From Mobula hypostoma (taxonomy: Eukaryota): 64,000 nt of DNA. Each line of letters starts with the position of its first letter. Position 1 is the first letter of the stretch. The stretch lies in assembly GCF_963921235.1 (NCBI RefSeq), contig NC_086108.1:43898001-43962000 (forward strand), given 5' to 3'. A program made the position numbers and the translations under genes. The notes beneath the pieces were generated by a model. The model was not told the origin of the DNA and did not search any database. It worked only from the letters and a program-made list of their open reading frames with translations. This document shows, piece after piece, positions 1 through 13,093 of this stretch.

Positions 1-2120
1 TGGAATACTTTTATCCTCAATATATATTTTGAACTCATTGTGGATTGATTCTCTGTTGATATTTGTTTTTAACTTTTTATAAACGAGAATCTCTTCATAA
101 ACTTTTCCATTTTTGATAAATTGTACATATGCCATTAGCAATGCCTTGTTGTCTCGCACAGTTGACTCATCCAGTTGTATCCCAAATTCTGTTTTTTGTA
201 GCTCTGTGCATAGTTGATGGTTTTACTCATTTCAGCAATACAATGAGCTACAGAGTTATTAGAGGAATTGATTTTAAAATATTAGTATCCATTTTGACAA
301 CAGTGGTGAGTACTTTTGATACAGCAGGCATTATTAATCTTTCACCAATTGTATGAGATCTTCCACACTTTGCTATCATTTTGGAAATGTAATAGTCATA
401 GTCATACTTTATTAATCCCGGGGGAAATTGGCTCAACGGCTCCATAAATAATAAATAGCAATAGAACCATAAATAATTAAATAGTAGTATGTAAATTATG
501 CCAATAAATTATGAAATAAGTCCAGGACCAGCCTATTGGCTCAGGCTGTTTGACCCTCCAAGGGAGGAGTTGTAAAGTTTGATGGCCGCAGGCAGGAATG
601 ACTTCCTATGACGCTCAGTGCTGCATCTCGGTGGAATGAGTCTCTGGCTGAATGTACTCCTGTGCCCACCCAGTACATTATGTAGTGGATAGGAGACATT
701 GACCAAGATTGTATGCAACTTAGACAGCATCCTCTTTTCAGACACCACCGTGAGAGAGTCCAGTTCCATCCCCACAACGTCACTGGCCTTACGAATGAGT
801 TTGTTGATTCTGTTGGTGTCTGCCACCCTCAGCCTGCTGCCCCAGCACACAACAGCAAACATGATAGCACTGGCCACCACAGACTCGTAGAACATCCTCA
901 GCATCGTCCGGCAGATGTTAAAGGACTCAGTCTCCTCAGGAAATAGAGACGGCTCTGACCCTTCTTTGAAACCACTATCAAGGTTATTTTTGGCTTTCTT
1001 GGCAAATGACTTGAAATGTGCAATACTTTTCAAATGCTTCTTTCATTATCTGGAACTGAGTAATACCATAAGTAGCCTTTTCAGGGTGTCTTTTACAGAA
1101 GTGTTCCTGCAACCTTGATGGTTTCATGGCTTCATTAGTATTATAAATAAGATACATGGGGTGTCGCTGATCTGACAGGAACAGTATAAACCCATACATG
1201 AGGTATGTAACTTTGTACTGATGCACTTTCTGTAGTTTCTGTTTCTTAGCAGGATTAGAATTCAAGGCTTCACTGTCTTCAAACTCGCAGAGATTGCACC
1301 ATACGTATTTATCCATCAGTAGAAGGGGCTAAGATAAAATAAAAGATTAGCACAAGCTGGGAATGCCTATCAGATGCTGACAATGGTAGTGAGTTGACAC
1401 AGATGGAGCGATGGTAGCAGCCTCCAAAGGAATGGTGAGGCAAAGATGAAGACAATCACAACAGGGAAAATTACATTCACAAGAATTCTGTTTGGAATCT
1501 GAATGTTAGTCGGGATAGAGCTAGAGTTCGGCAAGCTACCTTTATACTATTCCGGTTAGCATGACTGACCAATCACATAACGTCTCATAATCCCCATAGA
1601 TGGTTCTTGACCGCACATATGAAGCCGAAGTCGCTTTGAGCACCTCAGGAGGAGTCCTTGGGGTCCGCAGGTTCACTAATTGCTTCTATTTCACCATTTG
1701 GTTCTGACCAGCACTGTATCGTTGCATGACTTGTTTTCTGTAGATCTGTAGGGAAAGTTAAGAGGATGTACTTGACTTACCAACCATTAAAATGCACGAA
1801 CATGTCCTTTGCCGCAAGTTGAAGGGAACTGTTGGGCACGCTAGATGCTCTTTTATGCATTCCCAATAATGTCTGTTTGGTTGGTAAGGTCAGATGAGAT
1901 TGCTGAGCTTCAGACGTGTTGTGACAACAAGTGCCCACTGCCTGTGGCTCTTCCTGTGTTCCAGTGCCTCATCCTTTTTCTTGGAATTGCCTACTCTACT
2001 AAATCAGTCGGGTCTCATGTTTTCGTAGGTTGCCGCCTACCACCTCCAAGAATCTTGAATGCCTTCCGACGACTTCTATTTCCTCTAATGCCCCTGTAGG
2101 ACACATAACCACCCCCAAAA
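1..2120 (-). mobile_element. hAT (Charlie/Buster-like) DNA transposon remnant, interrupted by a Rex1/Babar LINE; runs off the window
   Basis: Peptides YGFILF...EAMKPSRLQEHF (984-1316) and IAKCGRSHTIGERLIMPA (248-390) are Buster/ZBED5-type transposase. Subterminal region resembles 34700-35250. Confidence 0.8.
392..968 (-). mobile_element. Rex1/Babar-type LINE, 5'-truncated 3' end
   Basis: RT C-terminal peptide MLRMFYESVVASAIMFAVVCWG...RKSFLPAAIKLYNSS and AATAAAG(TATGAC)n tail; near-identical to 36866-37450 and 56600-57170. Confidence 0.85.
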
Positions 2121-2124
2121 CACG

Positions 2125-3265
2125 AAATTTCTTCTCTTTAACCCATTTTGTTGTTGGCTTACTCCTGTGTTTCAATCATTGTCTTGTTGCATCATCCAAC
2201 TTCTCTTAAGCTTCAGGTGACAGACGGCAATCCTGCCATTCTCCTTTAAAAGGTCTTGATACAATTTTGAAATCATTGTTTCCTCAAATATTGCAAGCTG
2301 AGGCAGCAAAGCAGCCCCAAACCATGATGCTCCTTCCACCATTCTTCACAGTTGGGATGAGGTTTTAGTGCTGGTGTACAGTGACCTCTTTCCCCAAACA
2401 TTTCTGTTGAAAAGTTCAACTATTCTCTCATCTGTCCACAGAACATTGTCTCAGAAGTGTTGTAGAACATCCAAGTGGTCTTTTGCAAACTTGAGACGTG
2501 CAGCAATGTTTTTTTTTTGGAGAACAGTGGTTTCCTCCATGGTATCCTTTCATGAACACCATTCTTGTCCAGTGTCTTTGTTATAGGGGGCACATGAACA
2601 GAGACTTTAGCAAGTTCTAGAGATCTCTGCAGATCTTTTGCTGTTACCTTTGGGTTCTTTTTCACCTCCTTCAGCACTGCATGTTGTGTTCCTGGTGTGA
2701 TCTTAGTAGGATGCCCACTCCTAGGGAGTGTAGCAATAGAACTGAATTTCCTCTATTCGTAGACAATTCCTCTTTCTGAGGACTGATGAACAATCAGGTC
2801 ATTAAAAATGTTTTTGTAGCCTTTTCCAGCTTCATGCATTTCTCCAATTCATCTTCTAAGGTCCTCTGAAAGTTGTTTTGATCAAGGGATGGTGCACATA
2901 AACTGATCTTTCTTAAGAGCAGGCTCTGTCAGTAACCCGCTTTTGTGTGTCTTTCTTTATAGGGCAGGACACCTCTACAACCCACATCTTCAATCTCATC
3001 TCATTGAATGGATCACCTGACACCAAATAGCTTTTATAGAAAGCATTACTCCAGAGGTTCACATACTTTTTTGAACCTAGACTGCGACTGTTTAAATGGT
3101 GTACTCAGTATTGACAAGAAGTACAATTGTTTGTGTGTTATTAGTTTAGGCACATTGCACTTGTCTATAATTGTGACCTAGATGAAGATCATACCACATT
3201 TTGTAAGTAATTAATGCAGAAAATCAGGTAATTGCAAAGGGTTCACAAACCTTTTCTTGCAACTG
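2125..3265 (-). mobile_element. Tc1-like transposon, 3'-truncated and decayed
   Basis: Terminus TA|CAGTTGCAAGAAAAG on the minus strand at 3265; transposase remnants LKEVKKNPKVTAKDLQRSL and WMMQQDND. Confidence 0.85.
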
Positions 3266-3395
3266 TACATAGATCGGATCTCCACTGGAAATATGAAATA
3301 ACATTAACTAGTTCTGATTTCTGATATAAAAATGATAAATAAAGAACAATTGTTCTATGTTCAGATGAATTCCTGACATATACCTAATGACTTAC

Positions 3396-3520
3396 CCAAA
3401 TGGATCTCCTACTACAAGAAAAGCAATGTCATTATCAACAGCATGCCTCAAAATTTCATCAGCATCTTGTTCAACCATCTCTCTCTCTGCAATGATGAGT
3501 TCACGACCATAAAACTCCTC
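3396..3520 (-). CDS. DPH5: DPH5 second coding exon (125 nt, [42 protein letters not shown])
   Basis: Manual minus-strand translation continues DPH5 in frame and includes the [10 protein letters not shown] motif. Acceptor ttcattgtag at 3530-3521, donor GTAAG at 3395. Not in the ORF track. Remaining exons lie left of the window. Confidence 0.96.
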
Positions 3521-4056
3521 CTACAATGAAAGGGAACATAATTAATATTTAAGTATGATTTTCCCATTCATATAGTTGGGTTTATAATGGTAATTGTAAG
3601 GGACAATATTTAATCATCAGTCTGTCTCTTTTGTTTGCCAATGAGCCTGTTTTTCTGAGCTGATAACTCAAATGCATTCAGTTGCTAAAGGTTTTCTTTT
3701 CCACCACAATGTGAACAAAATCATTATTTTTAAATTTTACCTATAAAATGTTATAATGAAAGATGAAACAAGAAGCCAAAGTTCTGCTCTGGAGATTGAT
3801 GCTAATTAAACAATTAAACAATCTTTTCTGCTCTTTTAACATAACAACTTCAAGGCATTTCTCTTTAAACTCAAAAACACTAGAATCAACAACTTACCAG
3901 AACTGCACTTCTAATCTGGCTAATAGCAAATTAGTTCACAGCAGCAAAAGCATACCTAAAACCATTTATGGTTTTATGGTACACTATTTGCTATTTTAAC
4001 TGGGCTACAGATAAAATTCAAAGTATTTTTGTACTATGCAAAGTGGTTATTTATGT

Positions 4057-4837
4057 AACATACATCAAAGTTGCTGGTGAACGCAGCAGGCCAAGCAGCA
4101 TCTATAGGAAGAGGTGCAGTCGACGTTTCAGGCCGAGACCCTTCGTCAGGACTAACTGAAGGAAGAGTGAGTAAGGGATTTGAAAGTTGGAGGGGGAGGG
4201 GGAGATGCAAAATGATAGGAGAAGACAGGAGGGGGAGGGATAGAGCCGAGAGCTGGACAGGTGATAGGCAAAAGGGGATACGAGAGGATCATGGGACAGG
4301 AGGTCCGGGAAGAAAGACAAGTGGGGGGGGGGGGGTTGACCCAGAGGATGGGCGAGAGGTATATTCAGAGGGACAGAGGGAGAAAAAGGAGAGTGAGAGA
4401 AAGAATGTGTGCATAAAAATGAGTAACAGATGGGGTACGAGGGGAAGGTGGGGCATTAGCGGAAGTTAGAGAAGTCGATGTTCATGCCATCAGGTTGGAG
4501 GCTACCCAGACGGAATATAAGGTGTTGTTCCTTCAACCTGAGTGTGGCTTCATCTTTACAGTAGAGGAGGCCGTGGATAGACATGTCAGAATGGGAATGG
4601 GATGTGGAATTAAAATGTGTGGCCACTGGAAGATCCTGCTTTCTCTGGCGGACAGAGCGTAGATGTTCAGCAAAGCGGTCTCCCAGTCTGCGTCGGGTCT
4701 CACCAATATATAAAAGGCCACATCGGGAGCACCGGACGCAGTATATCACCCCAGTCGACTCACAGGTGAAGTGATGCCTCACCTGGAAGGACTGTTTGGG
4801 GCCCTGAATGGTGGTAACGGAGGAAGTGTAAGGGCAT
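4057..4837 (-). mobile_element. Penelope-like element, 5'-truncated (GIY-YIG endonuclease plus tail with hammerhead)
   Basis: ORF 4456-4782 contains VIYCVRCSRCGLLYIGETRRRLGDRFAEH (GIY-YIG). Flanked by direct repeat GTTATTTATGT (4046-4056 / 4838-4848). Highly similar to 43345-44120. Confidence 0.92.
4118..4153 (-). ncRNA. Minimal type-I hammerhead ribozyme motif, intact core
   Basis: Minus strand reads AGUC-CUGACGA-A-GGGU-CUCG-GCCU-GAAAC-GUC-GACU: stem I AGUC/GACU, CUGANGA and GAAA cores, stem II, palindromic ACGU stem III, GUC cleavage triplet. Confidence 0.82.
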
Positions 4838-5349
4838 GTTATTTATGTGTTTTCTCTCAGAATAAATTAGGTTTCCAGCATTCCTAGCAAGTCTACAACC
4901 TAACAACAAATGCCTGCTCTATCTTACAAAGATCAGCCACAGCACTGGTAGAGTTAACAACTCCACTTGAGAGATCAGACTGCAGTAATATTTGAAGTTT
5001 TTAAAGACTAATCTCAAACAGCATAACTGTAGCAGAATATTAAAACCAAAGTAGCCAGAGAAACCCAATGCATACTTAATAAGATGTTATTTTTTTAACA
5101 GGGTTCATGGGATATAATCAGTGAATGGAAACATGACTGATATTCACTAATACATAGTAGTTGGGATGATTAATAATACAGTTGTTTTTTTTACTTTGAA
5201 CAGCTAATGAGTATCTTTTCTATCAGAATAGGTAATGTAAATATTGTTGAGCTTCATAGCATAGGACCATACTATCTACCAACCTAAATAATGATGGAAA
5301 CTTCGGAATAGTTTTGATAAATTTTGTTCTCTAATTAGCAATGGCAGAA

Positions 5350-7140
5350 AGGAGCAAACATAGCCAAAGTGGTTTGTTATCTTCTCAAGGTCAAAGCGGG
5401 GGGGGGGGGGAGGGGGGGATTTATGCATAAAGACAATGCAGTGGGTGAGGTACTTCACATTAGTACTGTATTGACCAAGGGAAGGATCGGGTTGATAGTG
5501 AAATTAGGAACTGGCTTGTTAATGTTCGATGGCAAGTCAACATTTAAGGAAGAGGTGTAAGCTGTCTTGAAAAACATTAAGGTGGAAAAGTTTTCAGGGT
5601 ATGATGGGACCTATCCTAGGATCTGAGGAGAGAATGGGAGCTTGGTGGAGATCTTTGTATCCTCTTTAGCCACAGGCAGGGTCCCATAATTCTGGAGACA
5701 GACAATGTTATTCCTTTGTCTAAGTAAAGCAAAAGAGACATCCCAGGAAATGATGGGTTGGTGAGGCTTACATCAGTGGTATAGAGATTTTTGGAGCAGA
5801 TTCTTAAGGATAGAATTTACTCACATTTGGAAAAGGATAATTTATAACCTGCTTGGCTTTGTGAAGGAGAGGTCCTCTCTCACAATCTGATTGAGTTTAT
5901 TTTGTGGATGCGACAAAGATAATTGATGAGGGTAGGGTATTGAAACCAGCCTCTGCTCCATTAACTCTGTGTATGCTTCCCTCTGCCTTGGGAAAGTAGG
6001 CAACATAATCAAAAATTCCTTACATGATGGTCATTCTCTCATCTCCCTCCTTCCGTTGGACATAAATTACAAGAGCTTGAAAACACACACCACCAAGCTC
6101 AAGGATACATTCACAAGACTGTTGAACTCAGATTCTCTTGTACAATAAAGATAAATTCTAAATCTTTCAATCTATCTTTCCTTGGGTCCCATACCTTATT
6201 GCCTATCTGCACTGTACTTTGTTCTGTAAATGTAATACTATATTCTGCATTTTGTTATGGTTTTTCCCTCTGTATTACTTCAATGCACTTATGTTTTGAA
6301 ATGATTTGTTTGGATGAAATGAAATTTTTTTTCACTGTACCTCGTTTTGTGTGACAATAGTAAACAAATTACCAAACTGGTTCAATTAGAGATGACAGGG
6401 TGTAGTCTTAGAAGGGTGCTTTTGTGACTGGAAGCCTGTTACAGTGATGTTTCTCACAGATGAGTTCTGTGCACTCTTTGTGGCTAACCTCAGTGACCAC
6501 TTTATTAGAATCACCTGTATACTAGCTCATTAATGCAAATATCTAATCAGCCAATCATGTGGCAGCAACTCAATGCATAAAAGCATGCTGGCATGGTCAA
6601 GAGGTTCAGTTGTTGCTCACGCCAAAGATCAGAATGGGGAAGAAGTGTGATCCAAGTGACCTTGAGAGTGGAATGACCTCCTGGAATTTTGATGCATAAC
6701 AGTCTCTGAAGTTTACAGAAAATGGTGAGAAAAACAAAAAATGTCCAGTATGTGTTGTTAATGAGAAAAGTGAGAGGAGAATGGCCAGATTGGATCAAGC
6801 TGACAGAAAGATGACGATAACTCCAATAACTATGTGTTACAACAGTGGTATACAAAAGAGCATCTCTGGACTCACAACATGATGAACCCTGCAATGGATG
6901 GCTCCAGCTGAAGACCATGGTATATACTCAGTGGCCATGTTATTAAATACTGGAGGTACCTATTAAAGTGGTGACTAAGTCTGTACAATTGATTTGAATG
7001 AAAATGTAGATGGACAGATTAGAACATCTGAAAATGATACAAAAATTGCTGAAATTTTGGATGGTGGTAAACATTGTCAAAGGATACAGTAAAATATCGA
7101 TGGTTAGGAAGAAGTGACAGATAGAATTTAATCCAGACAA
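5350..7140 (+). mobile_element. Old CR1 LINE fragments interrupted by a Rex-like 3' end (about 5945-6375) and a Tc1-derived element
   Basis: Decayed CR1 ORF2-like sequence (e.g. aggtcctctctcacaatctgattgagttt); boundaries approximate. Confidence 0.55.
6488..6985. mobile_element. Tc1-derived non-autonomous element (MITE-like)
   Basis: Imperfect inverted termini ctcagtgaccactttattag ... ctattaaagtggtgactaagt; internal Tc1-like leader sequence. Confidence 0.6.
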
Positions 7141-7959
7141 ACCATGCTGCTACACAGCAGTAATTTATTTGACCGTGGTTGCAAAGAACACTGAAGTAAA
7201 ATCAGAGTGTTAAACTAGTTAAAAGTGAAATAAGTGGAACTTTCCTTGAAATCGAGGCTTCAAAGAGCTTCAGTAAAATTGAAAGCAAGGCGATATCTCT
7301 GCATTGGTTAGTCATACCATACACAAAGGGAGATGGTTACATTTTTGAGTGACCAATTTTGTGAGCCCTGGATACTGCTGCATGGACCTAAAGGCAACTA
7401 ATAAAATTATTTTTTCAGTGCTTAATCAACTATTTTCCTATATAAACCTGTATAAAGCTACACCTCATGTCAACCACTATGCCTCCATCAACTTCCCAGT
7501 CAACTCCTTAAAAATCTCAATCAGAGTTGAGAGACATGATCACATTGCACAAAACCTGACAGGTCCCAGTCTTTTCAGATGATCATATATTCTGTCACTC
7601 AGAATTTTCTCCCAGTTTCCTTACTACCGATGCAAGGCTCACTGACCTTAGGTTTCCAAACTAATGAGACTACATTAGTTATCTACAACATTAGTTAGTC
7701 TTCTGGTACATCACTCATGGTTAACAAAGGTGCTAAAAGCTTCATTGGCAATCTCCTAACTTGCTTCCATTAACATCTTGTAATTAACCCCATCATATAA
7801 ATTTCCTGTACCTGATGTACATTTTCTTCTTTTCCTTGATCTAATCTTCAATATTCATTCGCTAACCTAGGGTTCCAAAACTTAACATCTCTACTTCTTA
7901 CTCTTACAGGAGCCTTCCAAATCTGAATGCTGTTCCATTTTCAAGCAACTACTTCTCAC

Positions 7960-10900
7960 ATGTTCACATCCAAGGATACACATTGTATCAAAAGGATAGG
8001 CAGGTAGGCAGAGGAGGTGGGGAAGCTCTGTTGGTAAAAAAAAAGAGAAACCAAATCCTAAGAAAGAGGTGGCATAGGATCAGAAGATGCAGAATCCTTG
8101 CAGGCAGAGTTAAGAAACTTCAAGTGAAAAAAGACTGTGATGGGAGGTACATATAGGCCTCCGAGCAGCAGCCAGGTGGTGGAATTCAAATTCTGATGGG
8201 AGATAAAGGCATGTAAAAAGGCTTCACTTCCAGATGAGCTCCATGCCTTCTATGCTCTCGTTGGCTGTCAAAACATGGAGGAACCTTCATGAACTCCGAC
8301 AGCCCACATCCTTCAGGAGGGTGAACCCACGGAAAGCACCCAGCCCAGACGGGGTACCTGGCTGAGTACTTACGACCTGTACTCATCAACTGGCTGGAGT
8401 GTTCACTGAGATCTTTCACCTCTCACTTCGGCAGTCTGAGGCACCCACCTGCTTCAAGCAGGCTTCAATTGTACCGGTGTCTAAGAACTTGGTTACCTAC
8501 CTCAATGGCTATCGTCCAGTAGCACTTGCATCCACTGTGATGAAGTGCTTTGAGAGGTTGGTGATGAAACATATCAACTCTTGCCTGAGAAGTGATTTGG
8601 ATCCACTCCAACTTGACTACTGACACAACAGGTCCACAGCAGATGCCATTTAATTGGCTCTGCAATCAACCAGGGAACATCTGGACAGCAAACATGCGTA
8701 TATCAGGATGCTCTTTATCGTCTACAGCTCAACATTTCATACTATCATCCCCTCAGAACTAATCAGTAAGCTTCAAGACCTTGCCCTCAATACCTCCTTG
8801 TACAATTGGATCCTCGATTTCCTCACTTGCAAACTCCAGTCAGTTCAGATTGGCAACAACTCCTCCACAATCTCCATCATCACAGGTGCACAAGACTGTG
8901 TGGTTAGCCCCCTGCTCTACTCGCTTTATACTTATGCCTATGAGGCTAAGCATAGCTACAATGCTGTATTTAAGTTTGCTTATGATACCACAATCATTGG
9001 ACAAATCAAAGGTGGTGATGAATCAGCACATAGGTGGGAGACTGAAATCCGGCTAAGTGGTGCCACAATAACAACCTCTCTCTCAATCTCTGCAAAACCA
9101 AGAAAGTGATTATTGACTTTAGGAGGAGGAAACTGGAGGTCCATGAGCGGGTCCTCATTGGGGGATCAGAGGTGGAGAGAGTCAGCAACTTCAATTTCCT
9201 CTGTTTATCATTTCAGATGACCTGTCCTAGGCTCAGCAGGTGAGAGCAATTATGAAGAAAGCAGGGCAGTGCCTCTACTTGACAGCATCTATACTGACGG
9301 GCTGCATCACAGCCTGGTACGGAAACACCAATGCCCCTGAATGGAAAAGCCTACAAAAAGTAGTGGATGAGGCTCAATCCATCATGGGTAAAGCCCTCCC
9401 AGCCACCAGGTTCAAGAACTGTTATTACCCTTCAACCACCAGGCCCTTGAACAAGAGGAGATAGCATCACTCACCCCATCACTGAACTGTTCCCACTAAC
9501 TATGGGCTCACTTTCAAGGACTCTTCATCTCATGTTCTCTATACTGATTGCTTATTTATTATTTTTTCCTCCTTTATATTTGTACAGTTTGCTGTCTTTT
9601 GCGCATGGTGGTTGTTTGTTCTTCCTGCAGGGTGTGGTCTTTCATTCATTTTATTGTATTTCTTGCATTTACTGTGTATGCTCGCAAGAAAATGAATCTC
9701 AGGATTGTACACAGTGACGTATATATACTTTAATAATAAACTTACTTTGAACTTTGGAAGGGCAATGTTATTATAGTCCTGGAGGATTTCAATATACAGG
9801 TAGACTGGGAAAACCAAGCTGGATCCCAAGAGAGGGAACTTGTAGAATGCCTCTGAGATGACTTTTTAGAATAGCTTGTAATAGGGAAAAGGCAATTCTG
9901 GAATGGGTATTGTGTAATGAATGAGCTATGGTTAGAACTTAGGAGGCGGTGATAAAATTATAGAATTCACCCAGTTTCAGAGGGAGAAGATAAAGTCAGA
10001 CGTATCAGTATTACAGTGGAGTAAAGTGAATTACAGACCCATGAGAGAGGAGCTAGCCAAAGCTCACTAAGGAGATACTATTAGGGATGACAGATCAGCA
10101 ATGGCGTCAGTTTCTGAGGGTAATCTGAAAGGTGCAGGATAGATACATCCCAAAGATGAAGTATTCTAAAGGGAGCATGAGGAAACCTAATAAGCGTTTT
10201 GCATCAATCCTAACTGTGGAAAACACTAACAGTATGACAGAAATTGGAATGTGATAGGCAGAAGTGAATGTAATTGCTATTACTAAGGAGGAGGTGCTTG
10301 GGAAGCTGAATGGTCAGCTGGACCAGACCCCAATGAGGTAACTGAAGAGATTGTAGTGGCATTAGAAATGATCTTTTAAGAATCACTAGATTCTGGAATG
10401 GTTCCTGAAGACTAGAAAATTGCAACTGTCACTTCACTCTTTAAGAGAGAGAGGCAGAAGAAAGGAAATTATAAGCCAGTTAGTCTGAGCTCAATGGTTG
10501 GGAAGATATTGGAGTCGATTGTTAAGGATAAGGTTACAGGGTACTTGGAGGCACATGATAAAATAGGGTCAAGTCGGCATGATTTCCTTTAGGGGAAATC
10601 TTACCTGACAAATCTGTTGGAATTCTTTGAGGAAATAACAGGCAAGATAGACCAAGGAGTCAATGGATGTTGTTTACCTGGATTTTCTGGCCTTTGACCA
10701 TGAGGCTACTTAATAAGAGCCCATGGTATTACAGGAAAGATCCTATCATGGATAGAAGAGCAGCTGACTGGCAGGAAGGAGGCAAGGTGTGGGAATAAAG
10801 GGGGTCTACTTTGATTGGCTGCCAGTGACTAGTGGTGTTCCACAGGGTTCAGTATTGGAACTGCTTCTTTTCGTTATACGTTAATGATTTGGATGATGGA

Positions 10901-11800
10901 ATGACGGAATGATGGTTTTGTAGCCAGGTTTGAAGATGATACAAAGATAGGTGAAGGGACAGGTTGTGTTGAGGAAGCTGGGAGAATTCAGAAGTGTTTG
11001 AACAGACTGGGAGAATGGGCACAGATAGCAGACATAGTGTAGGGAAATTTATCACCATGCACTTTGGTAGAAGGAATAATGGCCTAAACTATGTTCTAAG
11101 CAGGGAGAAAATTCAAAAATCAGAGGTGCAAGGAACTTAGGAGTTCCTGTGCTGGATTCCCTAAAGGTTAACTAGCAAGTGAATCAGTGGTAAGGAAGAC
11201 AAATGCAATGCTGGTATTCATTTCGACAGGACTAGAATATAACAGCAAGGATGTAATGCCAAGGCTTTATTAGGCATTGGTCAGACCACAGAAACGAATA
11301 TTGTGAGCAGTTCTGGGCACCTTATTTAAGAAAATTTGTGTTGGCCTTGTTGAGGGTCCAGAGAATTAAGAATGATTCTGAGAATGAAAGGGTTAATTTA
11401 TGAGTGTCTGATGGCTCTAGGCCTATACTTGCTGGAATTTAGACAAATAGAGCAGGAGGTATCTCACTGAAAACTATCCAGTACTGAAAGGCCTAAACAG
11501 AGTGGATGTGGAGATGATGTTTCCCATAGTGGGTGAGTCTTGGACCAGAGGGCCCAGCCTCAGAATACAGGGATGTCCATTTAAAACAGCGATGAGGAGT
11601 AATTTCATTAGCCAGAGGGTAGTGAATCTGTGGAATTCATTGCCATAGACAGTTGTGGAGGACAGGCCATTGAGTATAAGATGGCTGTAGATAGGTTCTT
11701 GATTAGTCAGGGCATCAAAGGTTATGGGGAGAAGGCAGGAGGGATAATAAATCAGCCATTATTAGAGCAGAGTCAATGTCCAATTCTGTTCCTATGTCTA
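7960..11800 (+). mobile_element. CR1 LINE (EN-RT remnant to 3' UTR), split by a Rex1/Babar insertion at about 8220-9756
   Basis: CR1 ORF2-type sequence (gacaaatctgttggaattctttgagga, gatgatacaaagatagg); endonuclease region resumes at 9757. Confidence 0.75.
8220..9756 (+). mobile_element. Rex1/Babar-type LINE remnant (second family)
   Basis: RT peptides [41 protein letters not shown]; tail aataaacttactttgaactttg. Confidence 0.8.
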
Positions 11801-12772
11801 ATCATCTTGTTTTTTCACCCCTCATAGTACTTGTTCACCATCTACTTCCTCCAGGTCCTATCTCGTGGGCCCTTACCTTTTTCCATCATTATCTTTTAAG
11901 CTTACTGACTATATTCCTCGTGTTTGTGTACTGACTATATTCATTGTTTCTCTACATACTCTTCTATCACTTGTACATTCTCATTCTCCAAAATAAAATC
12001 AACTAACTGCCCCTTCCCTGGAAGAAATTTTAAATGTTGCAATTGTATTAGCCTCTACTGGCCTATTTAGCACCATGTTCCAGATAACCATCACTCTGGA
12101 TTAAAATCTTACAAACAAAACCCTTTTAGATGCATCTTACAAACTCCATCCCATCTAAAATCTGTGCACTATGCTAATCCCAGTCCATACTGAGAAAGTT
12201 AAAAATCCCACCACAAAATCTGGACACTATGATTTTACACCTTTTTGCATTCTGTAGACCAGAGTCCACCCATCCCCATACGAGTGTCATCCCCTACAGC
12301 GAGTTTCCTGTAACCACATCTTTGCCACCTTTATTACCTTAAAAGACACGAGACACTTTGGGATACGACTTGGAAATGTATTACCATCCCTTGATCATTG
12401 CTAAAGCAAAATCCTCCTACTTCCTGCCCAAATTAACCGAATACGATCACTCAACACGTGGACTGCAGAAGTTCAAACAGGCCTTTGCTACTCAGAAAAT
12501 AACGGATACTGGTGAATATTTTAATCTATCACCAGTCCGTCCCCTTTCCCACATCAAGCATGCAGTTCTGTGATAAACTAGAATGCAATATAGCTATCGC
12601 TGTTTTACAGAATAAAATGCAAAGCTATCTTTATCATTTGATTTCGGGGGGGGGGTGAAGGGGAGTCGCTGAGACGTTTATAATATAGGAGTAAAACTTT
12701 GCACATAGGAACCCGACTTTCTGAACGTAGTTCTGTTTGAAACGGCCGTGCTGCCGCTGCCGCTCCACGTAC

Positions 12773-12907
12773 CAACACGTCTCTGCCGACACAGAGGAGC
12801 GAGGTATAAGCCTCCAAGTAGACCCGGCTGCATTGCTTTACGATCTCCAGTCCTTTCACCGTGATGTCCCGGGCGTCCCCCAATCCCAAACCGATTAAAA
12901 ACAACAT
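12773..12907 (-). CDS. DPH5: Diphthine methyl ester synthase, first coding exon (135 nt, [45 protein letters not shown])
   Basis: Translation matches the conserved DPH5 N-terminus ([21 protein letters not shown]...VYLEAYTS). ATG at 12907-12905; phase-0 GT donor (GTACGT) at 12772. Confidence 0.96.
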
Positions 12908-13093
12908 GACACCGTGACTTAATACTTAAAATTATCTCCTCCAGTCCTTTATCAAACCCCTATGCCACAGACCGGATTACGGCACAGCCGCAGAACACGC
13001 AGCCGTGCTTCGCGTCGTTTTGCGACGTTGAAGCTCAGGGGAAAGTGAAAGGGTCAAAGGATCATACTATTAACACTAAGTAAAAATCTGGGA
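12908..13093. promoter_or_regulatory. Putative bidirectional, CpG-enriched promoter between DPH5 and the AKR gene
   Basis: 186 bp separate two divergent ATGs. Local CpG cluster (about 12740-13030, e.g. ttcgcgtcgttttgcgacg) in otherwise CpG-poor unique DNA. Confidence 0.7.

Noticed and set aside
4456..4782. Stand-alone GIY-YIG nuclease gene (also 43402-43728)
   Set aside because: It is the C-terminal domain of 5'-truncated Penelope-like elements, starts at a non-ATG codon and is flanked by TSDs.
12605..12772. C-terminal 55 aa of the 100-aa ORF 12605-12907
   Set aside because: Read-through into the intron; DPH5 similarity stops at the GT donor at 12772 and resumes at 3520.
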